A stretch of DNA of 64,000 bases, taken from the IMG/VR virus record IMGVR_UViG_2872278132_000003, positions 6,454-70,453 of that record. One strand, 5' to 3'. The DNA comes from a virus. Positions within the stretch are counted from its first letter, which is position 1. Every line of letters begins with the position of its first letter. The notes beneath the pieces are model-generated. The model saw only the letters and a program-made list of their open reading frames with translations. It made no database searches and had not been told where the DNA came from. Of this stretch, positions 56,179-64,000 are shown in pieces. The position numbers and the translations under genes were made by a program.

Positions 56179-56826
56179 ATGCTTGCGCCAAATCTCACCT
56201 CCGCAGACTATCTGCGCGCATTTCAGGCTTTGATGCCGCGCGGGCGCGTATGGCCTCGCGATCCGGATGCCATTCAAACGCGGGTCTTCACCGGCCTAAC
56301 GCAGATCTACGGTAGGCAGACCGAGCGATCAAACTATCTGCTTGTCGACTCATTTCCAGCGACGACATACGAACTTCTTCCGGAATGGGAGGCGACGCTC
56401 GGACTTCCCGATCCATGTGCCGGAGAGGCGCCGACGGTGCAGCAGCGGCGAGCGCAAGTCGTTGCTCGATTGGCCAATACAGGCGGCCAGTCTGCGGCGT
56501 ACTACATCGGATTCGCGGCTCAGCTCGGCTACGGAATCACGATAACGAACTTCGCGCCGTTTCGTTGTGGGCAAAGCACATGTGGCCAGCAACTCGGCAA
56601 CACCGACTGGTTTTTCGCTTGGCAGGTCAATGCGCCGGCTGCAACCGTTGTCCGTTTCGCCGCAGGGCAATCTACAGCCGGAGAAGCTTTGGGCTCATGG
56701 AATAGCACAGTTCTTGAATGCGAAATCAGGGCGGTCGTACCGGCGCATACCATTGTGCACTTCGCATACGGTCAGACCGGACTTCTTGATTACACGTTCA
56801 CCCTTGACACGTCTTCTCTCGCATAA
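56179..56826 (+). CDS. Mu gp48-like (DUF2313) baseplate protein
   Basis: LMPRGRVW...LLPEWEATLGLPD...LECEI...PAHT. Confidence 0.9.
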   Translation: MLAPNLTSADYLRAFQALMPRGRVWPRDPDAIQTRVFTGLTQIYGRQTERSNYLLVDSFPATTYELLPEWEATLGLPDPCAGEAPTVQQRRAQVVARLANTGGQSAAYYIGFAAQLGYGITITNFAPFRCGQSTCGQQLGNTDWFFAWQVNAPAATVVRFAAGQSTAGEALGSWNSTVLECEIRAVVPAHTIVHFAYGQTGLLDYTFTLDTSSLA

Positions 56827-56840
56827 AAACTAGGGCACCC

Positions 56841-57818
56841 ATGTATCAAATTGACAATGCATCCGCAGCGACGTCTCAGCCGGCGTCTACCGCTGCCGGC
56901 ACGGCTGGATTTTTCACCGACGGCAATCCGGCGACCGCTACGCCTGCGACGATCGTGCCCGCTGAGTGGCTAAACTCCGTGATGATGGAGCTCATCAACG
57001 TTGTGAATGCGGGCGGCGTTACGCCAACCAAGAATCAGTTCAACAACGTTCTGACGGCTCTAAAGAATAGCTTCTCGCCTGTTGTCGGATCCGCGCGAAA
57101 CCTTGTCATGGGCGTAGGCACAGCCTCGGCTACCGCGACCCTGACCGCTGACGAGATCATTGTCGAGACCGCGCTCGGCGGCCAGACATATCGCCTCGCG
57201 AACTTCAACAAAACCATCAACCTCGCCACAACCGGCGCGGGCGGGATGGACACTGGATCTGCCCCGACCTCGGGCTATGTCGCTCTGTACGCGATCTACA
57301 ACCCGACGACTGGGGCGAGCGCGTTGCTCGCGAAGAATGCCACAAGCGCGGTGCAGCCGAATGTATATGGTGGCGCAAACATGCCGGCTGGCTACACGGC
57401 ATCGGCGCTGGTGAGCGTTTGGCCGACGAATGGTAGCGGGCAGTTTGTGGTCGGCTTCCAGCGGGACCGATCGATTTCTATCAACTCTGTCACGGTATTG
57501 TCAACCAGCGTAACTCAGGCATCGCCGACAGCCCTATCTGTATCGTCTGCTATACCGCCGAACGCAGTCGGAATATCCGGAACCATTGCGGCCTCTTCTT
57601 CTGCCGCAGCCACGACCAGCATCCAACTGAATCCGATTGCATCGATCAACGTTGGCATTCAGGGCATCAACTTCAGTTCGACCTCGGCATCTGGTGGCGG
57701 TAGTTCAGGGGTCTTCAGAAATCTTCAAGTCTCATCGCCGCAGACGATTTATTACACATCGTCAAATAGTGCTGGAACGCCAACCTATGCAATTGCTGTT
57801 ATGGGTTATGATTTTTGA
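56841..57818 (+). CDS. Short tail fiber protein
   Basis: GFFTDGNPAT...TIVPAEWLNSVMMELINVV anchor. Confidence 0.8.
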   Translation: MYQIDNASAATSQPASTAAGTAGFFTDGNPATATPATIVPAEWLNSVMMELINVVNAGGVTPTKNQFNNVLTALKNSFSPVVGSARNLVMGVGTASATATLTADEIIVETALGGQTYRLANFNKTINLATTGAGGMDTGSAPTSGYVALYAIYNPTTGASALLAKNATSAVQPNVYGGANMPAGYTASALVSVWPTNGSGQFVVGFQRDRSISINSVTVLSTSVTQASPTALSVSSAIPPNAVGISGTIAASSSAAATTSIQLNPIASINVGIQGINFSSTSASGGGSSGVFRNLQVSSPQTIYYTSSNSAGTPTYAIAVMGYDF

Positions 57819-57827
57819 GGATTAGTG

Positions 57828-58004
57828 ATGTATGTCCAATATTCCGATCCGACAAAGACGACGATCATATCGTGCTTCGCGAATGCGCAAGATCCGACGA
57901 TCTACCCAAATCAAGGCAGCGTCGCGTTGAATGACTCGCGTTATGCGGCTTTTTTTAATGGCCTACCAGTTCTTTCTAGGACATATCTGCCAACTCCGGA
58001 ATGA
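57828..58004 (+). CDS. Small tail-fiber-associated protein
   Basis: Manual translation MYVQYSDPTKTTIISCFANAQDPTIYPNQG...DSRYAAF. Confidence 0.6.
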   Translation: MYVQYSDPTKTTIISCFANAQDPTIYPNQGSVALNDSRYAAFFNGLPVLSRTYLPTPE

Positions 58005-58006
58005 GA

Positions 58007-58744
58007 TCACATCAATGCCTTGACAATCGGCGTCAGGACGTAGGCTTCTGCCTGCGCCTTCATCTCATACCCCTGCGCAGTTGGGTGCATACCATCCGGT
58101 AGAACCTGCGCCCATTGCTCCAGCGATGTGATCGAGTAATCATCAACCACGGTCACGTTCATTGATGCCGCCGTTTGCAGGATCTGCTCACGGTACGTGA
58201 GCAGATTGGCATTCACAGATGAATTGGGCGTGAGCGCCGGATTTGGCGTGTACAGGATGATCGTTTTGCCATACTGCCGAGCGGTACTGACGATGTTCTG
58301 TAAGTCCGCGACAAAGTTCTCATTCGGCTTCCATGCATCGTTCAGCCCGATATTGATCGTCACGATTTGCGCTTTCGATACGGCCATCGATGTTTGCCAT
58401 GTCTGGCCACCCTCGCGGCCCGTACCATTCAACAGGTTATCGGCAGTGATTCCTGCAATACCCTTGTTCGAGACGGTCACGGACGACCCAAGCGAAGCCC
58501 GAAGTAACGATTGCAGTGCTTGCGGTTCGGTTGTGGCCGCCATCGCGTAACCAGCGGTCGGGCAGATTTCAGATGTTGCCCCAGGTGTCGCGGTGCACCC
58601 GACCGTAGTCGAGTCGCCATAAGCCTCGATCAGCACCGATTTTGATGAGGTTGGCGCGGACGTTTGTGCGGGACTCCCACCATCCCCACCACCGCATGCG
58701 CTCAAGAGAAGCGCAGCCCCTCCGAGAAGCAATGCCCGAATCAT
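58007..58744 (-). CDS. SGNH/GDSL hydrolase lipoprotein (moron)
   Basis: Lipobox LSAC, GDST, GLND, DGMHP. Confidence 0.88.
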   Translation of the reverse strand: MIRALLLGGAALLLSACGGGDGGSPAQTSAPTSSKSVLIEAYGDSTTVGCTATPGATSEICPTAGYAMAATTEPQALQSLLRASLGSSVTVSNKGIAGITADNLLNGTGREGGQTWQTSMAVSKAQIVTINIGLNDAWKPNENFVADLQNIVSTARQYGKTIILYTPNPALTPNSSVNANLLTYREQILQTAASMNVTVVDDYSITSLEQWAQVLPDGMHPTAQGYEMKAQAEAYVLTPIVKALM

Positions 58745-58880
58745 GTTCTTCCCCGTCTTGATTTTGATGCTGGGAATGATACCTCGTTTCATAGCAACCC
58801 CTCTAAATGGCCCTCGGGCCGAAGAATCCGCCGATCGGCGGGATGATCAGCCGCCTCCGGGCGGCATTTCTATTTCTGCT

Positions 58881-61079
58881 ATGCGAAAACTCTTAGCCGC
58901 CTTTCTGCTGCTCGTCACGTTGCCGGCGCTCGCTCAGTTCACACCTGGTCAGGTGCTGACCGCGGCGCAGCTCAACAACCAGTTCTCGCTTTATGTGCCG
59001 CTGGCGGGGGGCACACTCACGGGCCCACTGACGGTGCCCACGCTCTCGGTTACGGGTTCCGTCACGACGCCAACGGTAACGGCAGCGCCGACCTCCGGTG
59101 CCGCGCTAACGGTCAACCCGGCCGGCACGAATTCTCCGTTCATTGACTTCACCAATGGTGGAACGCCAGGTCTCGGATATGCCTATGTCGGCTTCGATGT
59201 CCCTGGCGGGGCCTTGGTATCCGGGACGACGCCGCAAGCATTCATTGTAGGGTCGGGCGGAAACCACCCTGTTCAGATTGTCTCGAATAATAGCGTTGTC
59301 GGCACATTCAGTAGTTCTGGCCTTTCTCTTCCGACATCGTTGAGCATTTCGTCCGGTGGTACTGGTGCAACGACGGCGACGGGCGCGACAGCCAATTTGC
59401 AATATCTACAAGGAGCACCCGGCAGTATTGCCAGGTCTCTGGCTGGCAAATTGGGGGAGCGCATTAGCGTCAAGGATTTCGGAGCGCTTGGGGACGGGAT
59501 TAATCGTTTTGATGGGGCTATCACCTCTGGATCTGCGGTGCTTACTTCCGCGTCTGGGACGTTCTCATCGTCAGATATTGGGAAGCCAATCATCGTGAGT
59601 GGGGCGGCTTCTGCCGGGTTGCCTCTTGTTACGACAATTGCGTCAGTCTCGAGCGCTACGTCTGCAACCCTGTCAGCCAACGCAAGCACCACTGTTTCTG
59701 GGGCTTCGTATGTGTACGGGACTGACGATACCTCGGCGATCAATGCTGCCGTAGCATCGATCAGGCTCACGGGGGGAATAATTTATTTTCCCCGCGGCAC
59801 GTATATGCAGACCAGCACCATAACTGAGAACAACCAGTATGTGACGTTCTTGGGCGATGGGGGCGCCATCGACGGCAATCAGACGTTCACCAATACGTGG
59901 GCCAACATCGTCAGTAGCGCAGCGACACGAGTTGTATGGGCTGGCGCCGCGAATGGGACGATGCTCAACATTCAGCCCGTCGACGATGGTGCGCATGCGC
60001 CACTGAACGGCAATGGTGTCACCGGAATGATGTGGGATTGCGCAGAGCGTGCCGGAACCGGATGGCTATTCAAAACTCTTCGCAATGGACGTTATGCCGA
60101 TTCATCCGTTGTGCGCTGCACCGCCTCTAACATCAGCCTTGGGACGACTACTAACAACGTCTATGGAGGCAATGTTAGCCTTTCTGGAAACGTTTTTGAC
60201 AACGTTGCGGCAAGTAACGCCAACCTTACTGCGACGACGAATTCTGCAATTCCATGGGTGATGTGGGGAAACGCTTTGATCGGCGGTGTCAACGAGAATG
60301 AATTTCGCAACCTCCAAGCCTTTAGCGCGACCTACACGGTAGGAACCCCGTCGTGGGACATCGGCAATACGGACGATAACTCGTGGTACGAGTCGAAGTG
60401 GAACGGCTCCATGATTCTTCAGGCTGCTGACACTGGTACGCATGATGTAACGTCCTTCTCTCTGTCTCAGAACCATTTCTTTTACAAGACTCTTGGCAAC
60501 ATCATTGTCAAGGAAGCCAACAATCCGGGAACGCAACAACCTAGCTTTGGACATGTCGTATATGGATATTCAGGGAATCTGATCAATCCGATCACGGTTC
60601 AAGGGCGCGGCGACATAACGGTCTACGGAACGACCATTAATTATTCGAACCGCCTTGGTCTAATGACATATGGCTCGCAGCCAGCGTTCACAAACGTCTA
60701 TCTGAGTAACGCACAGTCCATTCCTAACAACACTACTACCGCCGTCACGTGGTACGGTGCCAACTATGACCAATTGTCCGCGTGGTCATCTGGTTCTCCT
60801 ACGCAAGTTACCGTTCCGGCGAACGTCAAATGGGCAAATGGTGTCATGTATTGCTCATGGGCCAACAATGGCACCGGTCAGCGTTATATCGGAATATATT
60901 TGGCGGGTTCGCCTGTCGCCGAACAACAGAATCCAGCCAGTGGGTCGTCTCAACAGACGATCACAACGGGCGTTATTCCCGTATCGCCAGGCCAAGTATT
61001 TACAGCCAATGTCCTTCAGGCATCTGGTGGTGCGCTTAATATCAACAATACTTGCCGCATGACGATTAACTGGTACTAA
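58881..61079 (+). CDS. Tailspike/depolymerase-like beta-helix protein with signal-peptide-like N-terminus
   Basis: ISVKDFGALGDG...DDTSAINAA...IYFPRGTY pectin-lyase-type start; Asn/Thr-rich body. Confidence 0.75.
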   Translation: MRKLLAAFLLLVTLPALAQFTPGQVLTAAQLNNQFSLYVPLAGGTLTGPLTVPTLSVTGSVTTPTVTAAPTSGAALTVNPAGTNSPFIDFTNGGTPGLGYAYVGFDVPGGALVSGTTPQAFIVGSGGNHPVQIVSNNSVVGTFSSSGLSLPTSLSISSGGTGATTATGATANLQYLQGAPGSIARSLAGKLGERISVKDFGALGDGINRFDGAITSGSAVLTSASGTFSSSDIGKPIIVSGAASAGLPLVTTIASVSSATSATLSANASTTVSGASYVYGTDDTSAINAAVASIRLTGGIIYFPRGTYMQTSTITENNQYVTFLGDGGAIDGNQTFTNTWANIVSSAATRVVWAGAANGTMLNIQPVDDGAHAPLNGNGVTGMMWDCAERAGTGWLFKTLRNGRYADSSVVRCTASNISLGTTTNNVYGGNVSLSGNVFDNVAASNANLTATTNSAIPWVMWGNALIGGVNENEFRNLQAFSATYTVGTPSWDIGNTDDNSWYESKWNGSMILQAADTGTHDVTSFSLSQNHFFYKTLGNIIVKEANNPGTQQPSFGHVVYGYSGNLINPITVQGRGDITVYGTTINYSNRLGLMTYGSQPAFTNVYLSNAQSIPNNTTTAVTWYGANYDQLSAWSSGSPTQVTVPANVKWANGVMYCSWANNGTGQRYIGIYLAGSPVAEQQNPASGSSQQTITTGVIPVSPGQVFTANVLQASGGALNINNTCRMTINWY

Positions 61080-61099
61080 ATTAGCATCGTAAAATTGCA

Positions 61100-61324
61100 A
61101 TGACCGTCGCCCTCCAAACCGTTCCGCCGTAGATAACAGTCCGAGACATCATCACACTCGCGCTGAAGACTGCGAACGTGCTGGGCGTTGGGCAATCTGT
61201 CTCGCCGGAGGCGGTGAACGCAACATCCGGAACAGTGATTGGTGCGCCAACGACGCTGGCCGCGAATGCAGGACGGGCATGGCTATGCCACGGTTCCAAT
61301 ACGGCATTGTATCCGCTCTATTGA
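61100..61324 (+). pseudogene. Remnant resembling a P22 gp4-like head-completion gene
   Basis: MTVALQTVPP*ITVRDIITLALKTANVLGVGQSVSPEAVN...; in-frame TAG at 61130-61132; family recalled from memory. Confidence 0.45.
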
Positions 61325-61367
61325 TTTCCTTCGCCGCCACGTGCGGCTCTTCCCTTTCTAGAACCAC

Positions 61368-61697
61368 ATGGACAACACGACCGTTGCCGGGGTCGGCGGC
61401 ATTGCTACTGCTGTTGTTGGCGCGTTTGGCTGGTTGATCAGACGCGCCATCAGCCAGGCTGACAAAAAATTCGAGGCGCACGATCAAAAGTTCGAGGCGC
61501 AGGAGAAGCAGATGAAGGAGCAAGAGAAGGCTTTCGACGCCTACCGCCTGCACGTGGCTGAGACGTACACACCGAATTCTGCCTTCGAGAAGGCCATTGA
61601 TCGATTCAGCGCGTCCGTCGATGCGGTGTTCAAGAAACTTGAATCGATGGATGAGAAGTTTGATCGTCGCCTCGAAAACAAGGCGGATAGGCAATGA
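61368..61697 (+). CDS. Single-TM coiled-coil protein, holin-like position
   Basis: N-terminal TM helix; overlaps the endolysin start. Confidence 0.6.
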   Translation: MDNTTVAGVGGIATAVVGAFGWLIRRAISQADKKFEAHDQKFEAQEKQMKEQEKAFDAYRLHVAETYTPNSAFEKAIDRFSASVDAVFKKLESMDEKFDRRLENKADRQ

Positions 61698-62329
61698 ACC
61701 TTACACCCCAGATCATCGCCGCCGGCACCGGATGCACGTTGCTTCGTGCGTCGCAATGGCTCGATCCAATGCAAGCCGCATGTGATAAGTACGAGATCAA
61801 TACGCCGCTCCGAATGTCTGCGTTTCTCGCTACCTATGGTGTCGAGTCGCAGTATCTGACGGCACTATCCGAAGATATGTACTATACCGCGACACGCCTA
61901 ATGGCGATTTTTCCGCGCGAATTTCCGAATCAAGCACTCGCATCGCAATATGCCGGGCAACCCGAAAAACTGGCTAACTTCGTCTATGCGAATCGCAACG
62001 GGAATGGCGATGTCGCGAGTGGCGACGGTTGGGCGTTCCGAGCGCGCGGCGCTGGACTCACTGGGCGCACACTGTACCAACTGATCGTGATGGCCATCGA
62101 TTTGGATGTGATCGCACATCCGGAACTTCTCGAGCAACCAGAAAATGCCGCGATGGCATCCGCTTGGTGTTGGGCCAATCGCAATATGAATAAGCTCGCC
62201 GATGCTGGGAATTTCCTCGGCATCTCGAAAGCGTGGAATCTGGGTAACGCCAACAATCCCGGCACTCCGGTTGGTTGGCCGCAACGGCGCTCACTTTACA
62301 CGGCAGCGAAATCCGCTTTCGGCATCTGA
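61694..62329 (+). CDS. Endolysin, glycoside hydrolase family 19
   Basis: INTPLRMSAFLA...ES...ANFVYANRNGNG...GDGWAFRARG..LTGR...PELLE.P..AMASAW.W. Confidence 0.9.
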   Translation: MNLTPQIIAAGTGCTLLRASQWLDPMQAACDKYEINTPLRMSAFLATYGVESQYLTALSEDMYYTATRLMAIFPREFPNQALASQYAGQPEKLANFVYANRNGNGDVASGDGWAFRARGAGLTGRTLYQLIVMAIDLDVIAHPELLEQPENAAMASAWCWANRNMNKLADAGNFLGISKAWNLGNANNPGTPVGWPQRRSLYTAAKSAFGI

Positions 62330-62350
62330 TCCCGCATCCCCTCACCTAAT

Positions 62351-62376
62351 AGCCCGCCGCGAGCGGGCTTTTTGTT
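62351..62376 (+). terminator. Terminator-like hairpin
   Basis: AGCCCGC-CGCGA-GCGGGCTTTTTGTT. Confidence 0.65.
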
Positions 62377-62380
62377 GTCT

Positions 62381-62920
62381 ATGACTTCCGAAACTGCACA
62401 CGAAACGCATCGGACGTTGACCGAGGACGTCTTCTATCCCGGCCATGAGCCGCGCACTGAATCCTCGATCTTCCGAGCCAGCAAGCGCGAGATGAAGGCC
62501 GAAGGCGGCTACGTCTGTGCCGTCTGCGGCGACGAAGAGTCGGTGGAAAGCCATCATCGATTTTTCGAATGGGCGTACAGCCATGCGATCTACTTCGCGT
62601 GGATCCGCGACGTCGCCCTGAACAAGACCGACGTGATGTTCTCGCACAAGTTGCAGCGCGTCGTGCCGATTCCAAAGAAGCACCTGGTCTGGGACTTGAT
62701 CCGTCTGACGCAGGGCTTCGATTGGGAGGCGTTCGATCCAACGAAACCTGAGACGTTTGTCGATTCGGTCCACAACCAACTCCCTCTTTGCGAGCTTCAT
62801 CACCGCGGCAAAGGACATGGGCGGCACGAAGAAAGCGACCCGGTATGGAACGTTCAGGCGTTCCTCATTCCCGGCTTCGTGTACTCGCCCGACGAACTCA
62901 AGTCACTTCACAAGGAGTAG
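62381..62920 (+). CDS. Hypothetical protein with HNH-like Cys/His motifs
   Basis: CAVCG...VESHH...NQLPLCELHHRG. Confidence 0.65.
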   Translation: MTSETAHETHRTLTEDVFYPGHEPRTESSIFRASKREMKAEGGYVCAVCGDEESVESHHRFFEWAYSHAIYFAWIRDVALNKTDVMFSHKLQRVVPIPKKHLVWDLIRLTQGFDWEAFDPTKPETFVDSVHNQLPLCELHHRGKGHGRHEESDPVWNVQAFLIPGFVYSPDELKSLHKE

Positions 62921-62923
62921 CTC

Positions 62924-63127
62924 ATGTACAAGGCAATGATTAGCGGGGGCCTGACAGTCAGCGCCGCCGACCTCATCCCCACGGTGGATTGGGCGCTTCA
63001 TGGTTTCCACGGGGCCGTCCCCGCCAATCTGTCGGGGCTGATCGCCGGTGTCATCGTGGCTGCGCTTCATGCCGGCTACAATGCGTGGGCTGAACGCACC
63101 GACAAGCAAGCACCAGCCGCGCAGTAA
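62924..63127 (+). CDS. Small hydrophobic protein (possible holin)
   Basis: AGGAG SD; hydrophobic segments; in the lysis module. Confidence 0.5.
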   Translation: MYKAMISGGLTVSAADLIPTVDWALHGFHGAVPANLSGLIAGVIVAALHAGYNAWAERTDKQAPAAQ

Positions 63128-63279
63128 CCCTCCGCCTCAACTCCCGAAAGGTCTCACCAATCGATTGTCTCCGTGTCGTTCGGATAACTAACGTTTCGTG
63201 CTAAGATAGCGAGGGCGGAAAGGTACTTGCGATACCGATCCGCTCTCTAGCCATCACCACTTTTTAGGAGAAAGCAACG

Positions 63280-63792
63280 ATGGGTGTCGCAAAGATTAAC
63301 ATATCTGCCGGAACTCGCTTCGGTCATCTTGTCACGGTCGGCGAAGAAACGCGCCAACGCGGCGAGCGGGCCATGACATGCCTGTGCGATTGCGGGCAGA
63401 CGAAAGTCATCCGTATTTCTAGCCTAAATGCAGGAATTACAGTGTCGTGCGGGTGCTACGGGCGCGAGCAGAGGCGCGTCGCCAATGTTATGCGCGCAAC
63501 GCACGGTCACACGATCAGCTGCGGCACCACACCAGAATACAAAGTGTGGCAGATGATGTTTCAGCGATGCACAAACCCGAAATATGACGCATATGACAAC
63601 TACGGCGGACGAGGGATTTCGGTATGCACACGGTGGAACAAGTTCGAAAACTTCCTTGAAGACATGGGGAAGCGGCCGGCTGGTCTGACGCTTGATCGCA
63701 TCAACAACGACGGGAACTACGAGCCCGGCAACTGTCGATGGGCCACGCGCGCAGAGCAAAACCGAAACAAACGCAATACCAAAAACCGGTAA
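63280..63792 (+). CDS. HNH-type homing endonuclease-like protein
   Basis: CLCDCG, SCGC, YGGRGISVC, TLDRINNDGNYEPGNCRWAT..EQNRN; paralog of 22567-23223. Confidence 0.9.
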   Translation: MGVAKINISAGTRFGHLVTVGEETRQRGERAMTCLCDCGQTKVIRISSLNAGITVSCGCYGREQRRVANVMRATHGHTISCGTTPEYKVWQMMFQRCTNPKYDAYDNYGGRGISVCTRWNKFENFLEDMGKRPAGLTLDRINNDGNYEPGNCRWATRAEQNRNKRNTKNR

Positions 63793-63809
63793 CCAGCCCG
63801 TCACCCATC

Positions 63810-63835
63810 AAACCCCGCTTCGGCGGGGTTTTTAT
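63810..63835 (+). terminator. Rho-independent terminator
   Basis: AAACCCCGC-TTCG-GCGGGGTTTTTATT. Confidence 0.8.
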
Positions 63836-63857
63836 TGCCAAATCACTAGGAAACACC

Positions 63858-64000
63858 ATGAAATTCAAACGTATGCTGCTTGCGGCAGGCGTCATCGCGT
63901 CTATCGCTCTCGCCGGCTGCGCAAATGCGCCCGTCACACCCGCTACGCTCAAGACTCAAGTCGTCAAGGCCTGCACGGTCTTCGAACCCGTCAGCGCATC
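63858..64000 (+). CDS. Lipoprotein (possible spanin/lysis accessory), truncated by the window edge
   Basis: MKFKRMLLAAGVIASIALAGC lipobox. Confidence 0.65.
   Translation, partial: MKFKRMLLAAGVIASIALAGCANAPVTPATLKTQVVKACTVFEPVSA

Noticed and set aside
56841..61079. Diversity-generating retroelement or invertible tail-fiber cassette
   Set aside because: No reverse transcriptase, invertase or template/variable repeat pair seen.
1..64000. Integrase and att sites
   Set aside because: None recognisable; the prophage boundaries lie outside the window.

Overview
The whole window is one lambdoid temperate phage or prophage region. GC content and gene families suggest a Burkholderiales host (inference). 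No integrase or att site is visible, and both ends run off the window. Layout: a leftward early operon (1-13430; recombination and accessory genes), an immunity region (PL, cI, PR, cro, cII-like), a replication module interrupted by an IS66 element and carrying an intein-containing helicase, a nin-like region with nucleotide/RNA-repair genes, a Q-like regulator, a five-tRNA cluster around a ~600-nt structured spacer, a lambda-type cos/terminase/head module, a Mu-type contractile tail, and lysis genes. The most striking feature is at 1308-2030: a solo Cas7/RAMP-like gene directly preceded by a non-coding, strictly 5-nt-periodic array of 15 GG(C/A)-NN units. No CRISPR array or other cas gene is present. 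This fits a compact phage RNA-guided system whose variable dinucleotides spell a gapped guide (VIPR-like). About 450 bp away is a TnpA-less TnpB with a rearranged RuvC active site. All calls come from reading motifs by eye; no database search was run.
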